Virus record (IMG/VR): IMGVR_UViG_3300043419_000731
Span: 1 to 64,000 of that record
DNA length: 64,000 nt
Reading direction: 5' to 3' (one strand)
Source: a virus
The notes beneath the pieces were generated by a model. The model ran no database searches, was not told where the DNA came from, and saw only the letters and a list, made by a program, of their open reading frames with translations. Positions within the stretch are counted from its first letter, which is position 1, and every line of letters begins with the position of its first letter. The translations under genes were made by a program, and so were the position numbers. Below are positions 46,045 through 53,911 of this stretch, one piece after another.

Positions 46045-46133
46045 TGTGTAGATCATGTGGTGATTGTTCAAAAGAACATTCATTTAACATTGATGATGCA
46101 ATAGATGGGGTTCTAGATTCTCCCATCATTTAG
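46044..46133 (+). CDS. 29-aa micropeptide MCRSCGDC...
   Basis: TAATG overlap. Confidence 0.5.
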   Translation: MCRSCGDCSKEHSFNIDDAIDGVLDSPII

Positions 46134-46144
46134 ATATTGGAGTT

Positions 46145-46789
46145 GTGGTGAGCGTTTTAAATATAGATGCTATTGTAAATCAAGGGTATCAGTTTGAGCA
46201 GCTTGATGAGAACATTCTCCTTATAAAAAACTTTTTAACAGATGAAGACCTCAGTATTCTTTGGGATATTATAAATAATTCTACAGATGAAGACTGGGGT
46301 CTTCAACTGCACTACACCAAGCACCTAGAAGATCGTGCAGAAGAGCTTACTGGCAAGCGTGATATAGATGCTGCAGGCATAGAAAGAACCGATAACTGGG
46401 ACGACAAGGTTACACCATTGAGTGGTAAGACGCATCTTGTTCAAGATTTGCCAGAGCGGGTATCAAAATTTTTTAGCAGTGATTGTGGATTTGAATTCAG
46501 AAGCTTTGGAACTATACAGAGAATGTATAAAGGCACTGAGTTAAAAGCACACTACGATGATAGAGCAGATGTAAGACATGTCTGGGCATCAGTTGCTTAT
46601 ATTAATGATGATTATAATGGCGGAGAACTTTACTTTACACACAAAAATATACAGATTAAACCACCAAAGGGTAGTATCATGATATTCCCAGCAACTGAGG
46701 AATACGAGCATGGAGTAAAGCATGTAATAGATGGCCCATTCAGATATGTGCTTCCTGCATTTATCTTCGATCACTCTAAAAAGATATAA
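46145..46789 (+). CDS. Prolyl-4-hydroxylase-like 2OG-Fe(II) oxygenase
   Basis: 'AHYD', 'YINDDYNGGELYF', 'HGVKHV..G.RY'. Confidence 0.85.
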   Translation: MVSVLNIDAIVNQGYQFEQLDENILLIKNFLTDEDLSILWDIINNSTDEDWGLQLHYTKHLEDRAEELTGKRDIDAAGIERTDNWDDKVTPLSGKTHLVQDLPERVSKFFSSDCGFEFRSFGTIQRMYKGTELKAHYDDRADVRHVWASVAYINDDYNGGELYFTHKNIQIKPPKGSIMIFPATEEYEHGVKHVIDGPFRYVLPAFIFDHSKKI

Positions 46790-47847
46790 TGTATTCATTT
46801 GAAACAAGAGCCATTTCCAGCGGAAGGCCAGATCGATACCCAGATGGACCGCTAAACACACCAGTATCACTTAATTCTACCTACACAGCAGGTGGATCAT
46901 GGGGATATGGTCGGTATGGAAATGATTCATGCATCTCGCTAGAGGAAACGATATCTCAATTAGAGGGCGGAAAGACATTAGCATTTGCATCAGGAATGTC
47001 AGCAATAAGCTCTTTGTTTTCAACAATACCAGTTGGATCAGTAGTTGTCTCATCAAATCAGGGCTATGCTGGAGTTAATGCAACTATGCAAAAACTTCAT
47101 GATGAAGGCAAGATATTTGCAAGATTTGTTGACATATCAAATACTGGAGAAGTTTTAGCCAGCATCGAAGGTGCTTACATGCTATGGCTGGAGTCTCCAA
47201 CAAATCCAAGACTTGATATAGCTGATTTAAACAGACTTATCAGAGCATGTAATAGAACTGGAGTTATTGTTGGAGTTGATAATACTTTTGCAACTCCCAT
47301 TAACCAGAGGCCTCTGGAGTTGGGTGCAGATATGTCTATGAACTCTGTCACTAAGTATTTAGCTGGACATAGTGATGTATTGATGGGCTCTATATCTTTT
47401 AATAATCAAGGCCTATATGATTCAGTAGAGTTTGCAAGAAAAATCAATGGCACAATACCACAGCCATTTGAAGCATGGCTTGCCCTCAGAGGAATTAGAA
47501 CATTTCCATTAAGATTTAAAAAAGCAGAATCAAATGCAAAGCAGCTTTTTAATTTAATTAGTAATCACCCAATGATTTCAAAAGTTTATTACCCAGGGTT
47601 TGGCGCCATGATCTCATTTGAAGTAGACGCTTCACCAGAAGAAGTTGAAGATATTTGCAACAGATCAAAGCTTATTGCTAATGCTACTAGCCTTGGAAGC
47701 GTGGAATCAATATGGGAAAGAAGAAGGCGTTGGGCCCTAGAGAGCCCTTTGGTCTCTGAAAGTTTAATTAGATTATCTGTTGGATGCGAGGATGTCGAAG
47801 ATATCTGGAATGATATAATAGAATCATTAAGCAAATATGCCAGATAG
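46789..47847 (+). CDS. Cystathionine gamma-synthase/lyase family PLP enzyme (MetB/MetC-like)
   Basis: 'YGRYGN', 'AFASGMSA', 'ESPTNP', 'VDNTFATP', 'SVTKYLAGHSDV', 'SLGSVES', 'RLSVG.E'. Confidence 0.92.
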   Translation: MYSFETRAISSGRPDRYPDGPLNTPVSLNSTYTAGGSWGYGRYGNDSCISLEETISQLEGGKTLAFASGMSAISSLFSTIPVGSVVVSSNQGYAGVNATMQKLHDEGKIFARFVDISNTGEVLASIEGAYMLWLESPTNPRLDIADLNRLIRACNRTGVIVGVDNTFATPINQRPLELGADMSMNSVTKYLAGHSDVLMGSISFNNQGLYDSVEFARKINGTIPQPFEAWLALRGIRTFPLRFKKAESNAKQLFNLISNHPMISKVYYPGFGAMISFEVDASPEEVEDICNRSKLIANATSLGSVESIWERRRRWALESPLVSESLIRLSVGCEDVEDIWNDIIESLSKYAR

Positions 47848-48082
47848 AAAATTAATAGATGGCAGTATTGCTAAAGAGTACAGCGATCCAGTAACCATAA
47901 CAGTCTACACCAAAGCTCCAACAAAATGGAAGCTTACTGATATGCAAACTGGAGAAGAGTATATAGCAGATTTTCGCCCAGCTAAAGTTGATGCATTGGC
48001 TATGATTAAAATGGGCGGATTCAGGAATATACAAAAAAATACATACGGGACGTGGGTTAAAATTGAGAAAACTACTGAATAA
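47837..48082 (+). CDS. Hypothetical protein, paralog A
   Basis: 'TKAPTKWKLTDMQTGEEYI'. Confidence 0.65.
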   Translation: MPDRKLIDGSIAKEYSDPVTITVYTKAPTKWKLTDMQTGEEYIADFRPAKVDALAMIKMGGFRNIQKNTYGTWVKIEKTTE

Positions 48083-48299
48083 TGTATATGGATTTCTTCC
48101 AAGGGTCTATCAAGGTGCTATGGTGGAAGAGTTTCCAAAGGCTGTGGATTTAACAATACACACAAAGGCGCCAGGTAAATGGCTACTAATCGATTTAGAA
48201 ACTGGTCAAGAGTACATAGGGTCAGATGTTCCTACTAAATATGGCAGGTGGAAAAGACTAAAAGACAGGTATGTTCCAGACAACCAGGACATGCTATAA
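48063..48299 (+). CDS. Hypothetical protein, paralog B
   Basis: 'TKAPGKWLLIDLETGQEYI'. Confidence 0.65.
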   Translation: MRKLLNNVYGFLPRVYQGAMVEEFPKAVDLTIHTKAPGKWLLIDLETGQEYIGSDVPTKYGRWKRLKDRYVPDNQDML

Positions 48300-48328
48300 T
48301 TGTATAATGAAACATAGGGGGATAGACA

Positions 48329-48913
48329 ATGAAAATTAAATCAATCGGATTAAATCTTAACGGCGGAAGAGGCTTACGCACATTTTTAACAGATTCAGGC
48401 TTTAAGGTAAAATACTTCTATGATTACAGCGGAATCCCAGTAGGCACATATTACGAGAACCTATCTGGAATTGAGTCATATCTAGATTCTGTTGATGACG
48501 GATCAGTAGATGTTATTATTGACTTCCCAATTAACCTAGCATTTAAGCATGCCTACGAAAAGGATTCAGATACAAAGTTTATCTGTCTCCAAAAAGACGT
48601 AGAGAAGTGGCTAGATGTATGGGGTAAGACTATGCAGAAGTATGCAAGCGCTGAGCCATATCAGTTTGAAGAGGCTTTCTGTAAGGCATATTTAGATACA
48701 TCAAAAACTAAGATTTCAGATCTCACAGAAGAAGAGCTAAGAACTATCTATGCTGAGCATTATGCTGCAGTGGAAGAATTCTTCAAAGATAAGCCTAACT
48801 TTTTAAAGGTACACCTAGATGATCCACAGATCTCTGCCAAGCTAAGAACATTCTTTGAAATAACATCAGATATCGAGTTTGATACCTTGTCTGATGAAGC
48901 GGCTATTGCGTAG
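48329..48913 (+). CDS. P-loop sulfotransferase-like protein (degenerate)
   Basis: N-terminal 'IGLNLNGGRGL..FL..GF'; 'KFI...KD.EKW..' and 'H...V.EFF...P.FL.V' pattern. Confidence 0.5.
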   Translation: MKIKSIGLNLNGGRGLRTFLTDSGFKVKYFYDYSGIPVGTYYENLSGIESYLDSVDDGSVDVIIDFPINLAFKHAYEKDSDTKFICLQKDVEKWLDVWGKTMQKYASAEPYQFEEAFCKAYLDTSKTKISDLTEEELRTIYAEHYAAVEEFFKDKPNFLKVHLDDPQISAKLRTFFEITSDIEFDTLSDEAAIA

Positions 48914-48926
48914 TTAGGGTAACACT

Positions 48927-49064
48927 ATGGATGTGATAATGGCTCCATGTTTTTATTGTACTAATAAGGCAGAGTACTTAGCACTAGAAGTTGCAAAAGT
49001 TAATGAAAAGTTAGAGGTCGTTGAGGTCTGTAAAGATCACTTTGTTTTCCCAGGTGTTTCTTAA
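48927..49064 (+). CDS. Zinc-binding microprotein (45 aa)
   Basis: 'CFYC...VCKDH'. Confidence 0.6.
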   Translation: MDVIMAPCFYCTNKAEYLALEVAKVNEKLEVVEVCKDHFVFPGVS

Positions 49065-49876
49065 TGGATTTGCCTCACAATGTTGAATCTAGGCTGACGA
49101 TTACTGGGTTTACAATGAACCCAATAACTGATTCATATATATTAAAAGCGGTGCTTACTGGATTAACTTCTTATAAAGAAGAGCATCTATGCGATTATGG
49201 TCATCAAGTAATTCATAAGAACTATCTAGGTCAAAGAATATCTGACCCAATGATTACAAACTGTATGCAATATGGTTTTATTCAAGGGCATGTTGTTCTT
49301 ACAAACGGCTGGATCAATATCAGAATAACAAGTGATGTGTACCCTGCCAAAGTGGTGGCAGATGTTTATTTAAATAACAGTATGCCTGATGCAGATATCA
49401 TAATTGATCATTTGTGCGCCCCAGCCTTACCACTAGATGGTATGGGATTATTTGATTATACATACACCCTACAGTCTACTCCAATACCTAACACTGCAAT
49501 GAGCAAGCATAACAAGATGGAGTCTCCATACAAGGTAAACGAGCCAGCAAAGGTATCTGAAGACAAGGTGGAGGTTACATTAAATAAGCTATCTACTATT
49601 GAATGCCATTTTTGCTCATCACCAGCTACAACATGGTTGATTATAGGGCCACCTATGAGCCCTGATGCTACTAGTTTAACTCCACCTAGGGTGGTAACTT
49701 CATGCAAGAATCATATCGGAAACGGCAGAGTAACAGAGATTAGGTATAATATAGATGAGATACCAGAGAATGACTTCGTAGTGGCTGGCAATAATGCCGC
49801 TCAATATGAAATGCTAGATGTTTTAGACGAAAATAGAAATTTTCAATATACTATCAATAAGATAAAGGAGACTTAA
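49064..49876 (+). CDS. AdoMet-decarboxylase-fold-like N-terminus fused to zinc-binding C-terminal domain
   Basis: Spacing resembles SpeD ('NP..D....L', 'P', 'G....VV', 'DVY'); C-terminal 'CHFC...C..H'. Confidence 0.4.
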   Translation: MDLPHNVESRLTITGFTMNPITDSYILKAVLTGLTSYKEEHLCDYGHQVIHKNYLGQRISDPMITNCMQYGFIQGHVVLTNGWINIRITSDVYPAKVVADVYLNNSMPDADIIIDHLCAPALPLDGMGLFDYTYTLQSTPIPNTAMSKHNKMESPYKVNEPAKVSEDKVEVTLNKLSTIECHFCSSPATTWLIIGPPMSPDATSLTPPRVVTSCKNHIGNGRVTEIRYNIDEIPENDFVVAGNNAAQYEMLDVLDENRNFQYTINKIKET

Positions 49877-50590
49877 ATGTCAAACATGGAAAAAGTAACT
49901 ATAGAAGGTGATCTATGGTACATAGAGAACTTCTTAACACAAGAAGAATTGGATTTCTTTAAGCCTTTTATGGATGATCATGATGGATGGTATACAACCA
50001 TGCGTTCACCATACAAAAATATTTTAAATAAGTTTATTGAAAATGATATTCCAAGAAATGAAGATGGAACAACAGGAGTTGCAACACCTGATGACCCAAG
50101 AATTTACTACCCAATGTTAAGCGACCCAGGTGGGGTATTTGATAGATTGCTTCAGGTTATGCCACCAATATACCGACCACATGCATCGCTTCAGACATTT
50201 AAGTATTGCACAGATGAAGAGATTGCAAGAGATTTAAATGATGGAGATAGAGAAAAGCTCACGCTTGGCGGTACTATCCCACTTGATCCTAGCAAGGTAG
50301 ATTGGGCAATGAACTGGCACTCTGAATGGGACGAAACAAGCCCAGTGCCTCCATTTAAGCTTTCATTATCTTTATATCTCAATGATGATTACGAGGGCGG
50401 AATCCTTGAGTTTAAGCATAAGCCATACAAGATTAAGCCTAAAGCAGGAATGCTAGTAGGAGTACCAGTAACGAAAGACTTCGAGCATAGAGTTACTAGA
50501 ATTACTTCTGGCAATTGGAGACACACATTATATGGTGCTTCATGGAATGATCCAGACAATATACCTGTGAGTACAGCTGACGACTGCTAA
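49877..50590 (+). CDS. Prolyl-4-hydroxylase-like 2OG-Fe(II) oxygenase
   Basis: 'WHSE', 'YLNDDYEGG.LEF', 'HRV..I.SG.WR'. Confidence 0.8.
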   Translation: MSNMEKVTIEGDLWYIENFLTQEELDFFKPFMDDHDGWYTTMRSPYKNILNKFIENDIPRNEDGTTGVATPDDPRIYYPMLSDPGGVFDRLLQVMPPIYRPHASLQTFKYCTDEEIARDLNDGDREKLTLGGTIPLDPSKVDWAMNWHSEWDETSPVPPFKLSLSLYLNDDYEGGILEFKHKPYKIKPKAGMLVGVPVTKDFEHRVTRITSGNWRHTLYGASWNDPDNIPVSTADDC

Positions 50591-50593
50591 TTC

Positions 50594-51583
50594 ATGGAGC
50601 TAAATAGCAAGACTATATTCATAAATCTAGGTGCATTCAACGAGTTGTATCTAGACTTAATGATAAGTAATTGTTTAAGTAATGCTGAATTTCCTGACAG
50701 AATTAAGATAGGCTTATTCTTGCACGATAGCCACGGCTTAAAAGAAGACCTATCTGCATACTCTAAGAACTTAAAGGTAGGCTACTTTGATTACCCAGCA
50801 GCCCTAGGTTGCTGTATTGGAAGAGAGATGGCTCATGCGTTCTATGATGGGGAAGACTATTATCTTCAATTAGATGCACATATGCTATTTCAAAAAAACT
50901 GGGACACAATCTTAATAAATAAGTTTGAAAAGATAAAGTTGAAGTATCCTAAGCCAGTTATATCATACTATGTTCCGTGGTGGGCTGTCAAACAAAATGG
51001 AAAATTCTTTGCATATTCTTCAGATATAAAGACATTCCATAATGGCGGAATGAAGTTTGATGTTGAAGATAGCCTTAGAGCTAAGTATCCTAAGCCTACA
51101 GGAGACTATACAAAGTGGGAAGAAATACCAGAAGGATACATTGAGCATCACCAGATAGCAGGACACTTTATTTTTTCTGATCCAAGCGTATTTGATGAAG
51201 TAAGACCAGATACCACCATCATGTTTGGTCCAGAAGAATCACTGCTGGCTTTAAGGTTATGGACAAGAGGATATAGAATATTTGCAATAAATGAACCCGT
51301 GGTCTGGCATTTAAATAAGGGCTATAATAATGTTAACCCGTACATGAGAAGGTCTGCATACTTTAAGACTGATGAGTTAGCTAAACATTATTTTGATAAG
51401 AATCACAGGGCATTAAAGAAGTCAAGGAAGATATTTACGGGAGAATACACGGGCTACTGGGGTGCTCCAAACATGGAATTATTGGCGGCATATGAGCATG
51501 CAGCAAAGCTATCCTATAAAGAGTATTTTAGATTACTTGATGAGAGATACCCAAACGATCCACCTGAATCAAGGATGCTATAG
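50594..51583 (+). CDS. GT60 / Gnt1-like GlcNAc transferase (GT-A fold)
   Basis: 'TIFI', 'A.FPDRI.IG', 'YDGEDYYLQLDAH..F.KNWD', 'KPVISYY', 'AGHFIF', 'GPEE..L.LRLWTRGY'. Confidence 0.8.
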   Translation: MELNSKTIFINLGAFNELYLDLMISNCLSNAEFPDRIKIGLFLHDSHGLKEDLSAYSKNLKVGYFDYPAALGCCIGREMAHAFYDGEDYYLQLDAHMLFQKNWDTILINKFEKIKLKYPKPVISYYVPWWAVKQNGKFFAYSSDIKTFHNGGMKFDVEDSLRAKYPKPTGDYTKWEEIPEGYIEHHQIAGHFIFSDPSVFDEVRPDTTIMFGPEESLLALRLWTRGYRIFAINEPVVWHLNKGYNNVNPYMRRSAYFKTDELAKHYFDKNHRALKKSRKIFTGEYTGYWGAPNMELLAAYEHAAKLSYKEYFRLLDERYPNDPPESRML

Positions 51584-51584
51584 C

Positions 51585-51622
51585 CTATTGACCAGACCTT
51601 GCCTATATTGTATACTAGGCAA
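51585..51622 (+). promoter_or_regulatory. Promoter CTATTGACC-N17-TATACT, 6 nt before ATG 51623
   Basis: TTGACC 51588-51593; TATACT 51611-51616. Confidence 0.7.
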
Positions 51623-51736
51623 ATGACTGAACCAAAGATTATGCGAATGGACTGGCGTTCATTAGGTTACTGGCCAGTATACAAAGATGGCAAACTTACA
51701 TGGGAAAAGGATCCAGATGAACGAACAACAATTTGA
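51623..51736 (+). CDS. Microprotein (37 aa)
   Basis: MTEPKIMRMDWRSLGYWPVYKDGKLTWEKD... Confidence 0.55.
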   Translation: MTEPKIMRMDWRSLGYWPVYKDGKLTWEKDPDERTTI

Positions 51737-51836
51737 TGATGAATTTAATGTAGAAATATTAACACAATCTATTGTAGATAAAGCCAAAGCAGAAGTAAAG
51801 GCTCGTTACGGAAATAAGAAAAGACATAGGCAATGA
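51717..51836 (+). CDS. Microprotein (39 aa)
   Basis: Read manually; overlaps neighbours. Confidence 0.5.
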   Translation: MNEQQFDDEFNVEILTQSIVDKAKAEVKARYGNKKRHRQ

Positions 51837-52000
51837 TTAAAGATTTTATAACAGGAGCAGTACCACTAGGTTTATTTTTGTACCTTGGAGTATTTCATAC
51901 AACAGTCTTTGTTGTACTTTTTATGGGGTTTGGATTAGCTTTTGCTTCATACCTTATTGGCGTATCAATAAGAGAAGAGTTTTTTGATGATCGCAATTAA
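51833..52000 (+). CDS. Two-TM membrane microprotein (55 aa)
   Basis: Hydrophobic; ATGA overlap. Confidence 0.55.
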   Translation: MIKDFITGAVPLGLFLYLGVFHTTVFVVLFMGFGLAFASYLIGVSIREEFFDDRN

Positions 52001-52166
52001 TGGACCAATGCAAGGTAAATTCTATAATACCTCAGAGATAACTAAGACAGTTATTGATCATGTGAGGATTGAGTATGCTATATTTGAGCTTACTTACTAC
52101 CGCACAAAAAATGGATGGGCATTCCATTCATGGAAAAATCTATTTAATACAAGGGGAATAAAATGA
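51984..52166 (+). CDS. Hypothetical protein
   Basis: ORF track. Confidence 0.5.
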   Translation: MMIAINGPMQGKFYNTSEITKTVIDHVRIEYAIFELTYYRTKNGWAFHSWKNLFNTRGIK

Positions 52167-52384
52167 GCTCACCAATTATCGTATTCAATCCAAGCGGGTT
52201 AACAGATGAGCAGGTTAAACTAATTAAACAGGCACTTGATGACGCTTATCATGCAGGGTATGAAACTGCTAAAGAGTTTTATCAGCTTAAGTTTAATACA
52301 ACAACTACAACTAGCCCAAATACTGGCATTACATGGTCACAACCTCCGTATACAGTAAATAATTGTGAATGTAAGCCTAAATAA
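52163..52384 (+). CDS. Hypothetical protein
   Basis: ORF track; RBS AAGGGG. Confidence 0.55.
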   Translation: MSSPIIVFNPSGLTDEQVKLIKQALDDAYHAGYETAKEFYQLKFNTTTTTSPNTGITWSQPPYTVNNCECKPK

Positions 52385-52599
52385 TGCCCATTCATATTCC
52401 AATCTACGTTAATGATAGATTAATTAAAACTTATCATATTGGGCGGTTAGAAGGAGATACCAATCCTGATTCAATCAATAAGTATCTAATTATAGAAGAT
52501 GATCAGCTTTGGCAGGTAGGAAAAGAGTTTACTCATAGATATGGAGATGGCATAGACACTTGTGTAATCAAGGGTATAAATGCTATGATGAATATATGA
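52384..52599 (+). CDS. Hypothetical protein
   Basis: ORF track; coupled. Confidence 0.6.
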   Translation: MPIHIPIYVNDRLIKTYHIGRLEGDTNPDSINKYLIIEDDQLWQVGKEFTHRYGDGIDTCVIKGINAMMNI

Positions 52600-52733
52600 T
52601 ATCAACTATGGAGCTTATGATGATTAAAGAGGCGGTTTCTACTACTGCCCTTGAAAATGGGTGGGATAAAGAAAAGGAAAAAGAAATGTTTAATCAGGCA
52701 GTTTCATTTCTTATTGAAAAGGAGTTATTATGA
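52596..52733 (+). CDS. Hypothetical microprotein (45 aa)
   Basis: TGcTATGAT 6 nt before ATG 52596; ATGA overlaps. Confidence 0.55.
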   Translation: MISTMELMMIKEAVSTTALENGWDKEKEKEMFNQAVSFLIEKELL

Positions 52734-52981
52734 TAGAGCCTCCTATGGGTTCAGTAGTTGTCGATACGTGTGGCTCTGCATGGCAAAGAAGTCCAGTTGG
52801 GTGGTCTTCATGCGGGTCAGACGGATCTTGGAACTATACTTGGAAAGAGCTATTAAAAGAGTTAAATAGATATATGGATTATCCAACAGAAGCGTGGGCT
52901 CCAGTGCTAGGAGACAAACGATTGCCCTGTATTGTTTATGTTCCGCATGAAGAATTAATTTGGGGGGATGAAGATGAGTAA
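52730..52981 (+). CDS. Hypothetical protein
   Basis: AAGGAG RBS. Confidence 0.55.
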   Translation: MIEPPMGSVVVDTCGSAWQRSPVGWSSCGSDGSWNYTWKELLKELNRYMDYPTEAWAPVLGDKRLPCIVYVPHEELIWGDEDE

Positions 52982-53249
52982 AGATAAAATTGAAAGACCA
53001 GCATACATCATTAAAGTTACTCGTGACTGGAAATATGGCAAGCGGGCTAGATTCTGGGATATTCAGAAATGGTATCAAATGGGTAAAGGTCCAGAAGATG
53101 GCTACTGGGGAAATGCCTGTAAAGGCGGTCTATCATATTCTGATTGGGGTATGTGGAGAGCTATTGATAAGCGCCTAAAGAAGATGAAGTTTGGCTATCA
53201 TGTAAATCATTTTAGTTTAGATAGACAATCAATAGAGGAACCAAAATGA
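52974..53249 (+). CDS. Hypothetical protein
   Basis: ORF track. Confidence 0.55.
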   Translation: MSKDKIERPAYIIKVTRDWKYGKRARFWDIQKWYQMGKGPEDGYWGNACKGGLSYSDWGMWRAIDKRLKKMKFGYHVNHFSLDRQSIEEPK

Positions 53250-53527
53250 TTTATAAATTTGTAGAAAAGTATCTTATGCGCCCTAAACGCCTTAGAAAAG
53301 CAATTGAGGCAGTAGTACATGAAAATGATGAGTTGTTACGCAGGCTTGCAGAATATGAAGAAGAAGGGCCAACTAATCTAGCATGGTCGGAAGGAGATAG
53401 ATGGTATGGATGGACTTACAATCCTAATTCTAAACGTTATTACTTTGATGATATTGGCAATGAATCATTAATGGGTTTATGGGAAGATCAATGGGCCAGG
53501 GAAGAAGCTAATGACAATAAAGCTTAA
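53246..53527 (+). CDS. Hypothetical protein
   Basis: ORF track; GAGG RBS. Confidence 0.55.
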   Translation: MIYKFVEKYLMRPKRLRKAIEAVVHENDELLRRLAEYEEEGPTNLAWSEGDRWYGWTYNPNSKRYYFDDIGNESLMGLWEDQWAREEANDNKA

Positions 53528-53684
53528 TGCTTTTTGTGTATCATGCAACAAAAATGTAGAAGGCAGGCTAACAGAGATGGAAGTCCTAGACTCTGGTAAT
53601 TGGCTATATAGGGGTGAATGCCCAGAATGCTATTATGAAATCAAGAGGGTAATTCCACACGAAAAGGACACAAATGATAGATAA
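53511..53684 (+). CDS. Zinc-ribbon protein (57 aa)
   Basis: 'AFCVSC...GECPEC'. Confidence 0.6.
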   Translation: MTIKLNAFCVSCNKNVEGRLTEMEVLDSGNWLYRGECPECYYEIKRVIPHEKDTNDR

Positions 53685-53820
53685 GCTTATTAGTCTTATA
53701 TGCAATATGTTTGATCACAAGTTAGATCCAAACAACTGGCAATATGAGTCATATACAGGGCAAACTTACTATTTCTGTAATAGATGTAAATACTATGTAC
53801 CTTTGTACTATATTGACTAA
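53674..53820 (+). CDS. Small Cys/His protein (48 aa)
   Basis: 'C..FDH...CNRC'. Confidence 0.55.
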   Translation: MIDKLISLICNMFDHKLDPNNWQYESYTGQTYYFCNRCKYYVPLYYID

Positions 53821-53911
53821 TTTGATCGCAATTAGTGAACGCAAAAAGTGAAAAAGTGCGGCGGTAGAGACCATATTGTCACGATGTGACTAGATATGAT
53901 ACAATTGTCCT

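Noticed and set aside
1313-50382. Numerous antisense/alternate-frame ORFs in the track (e.g. 5984-, 7652-, 16448-, 21902-, 36180-, 42965-)
   Set aside because: Shadows of codon-biased real genes; no RBS and no motifs.
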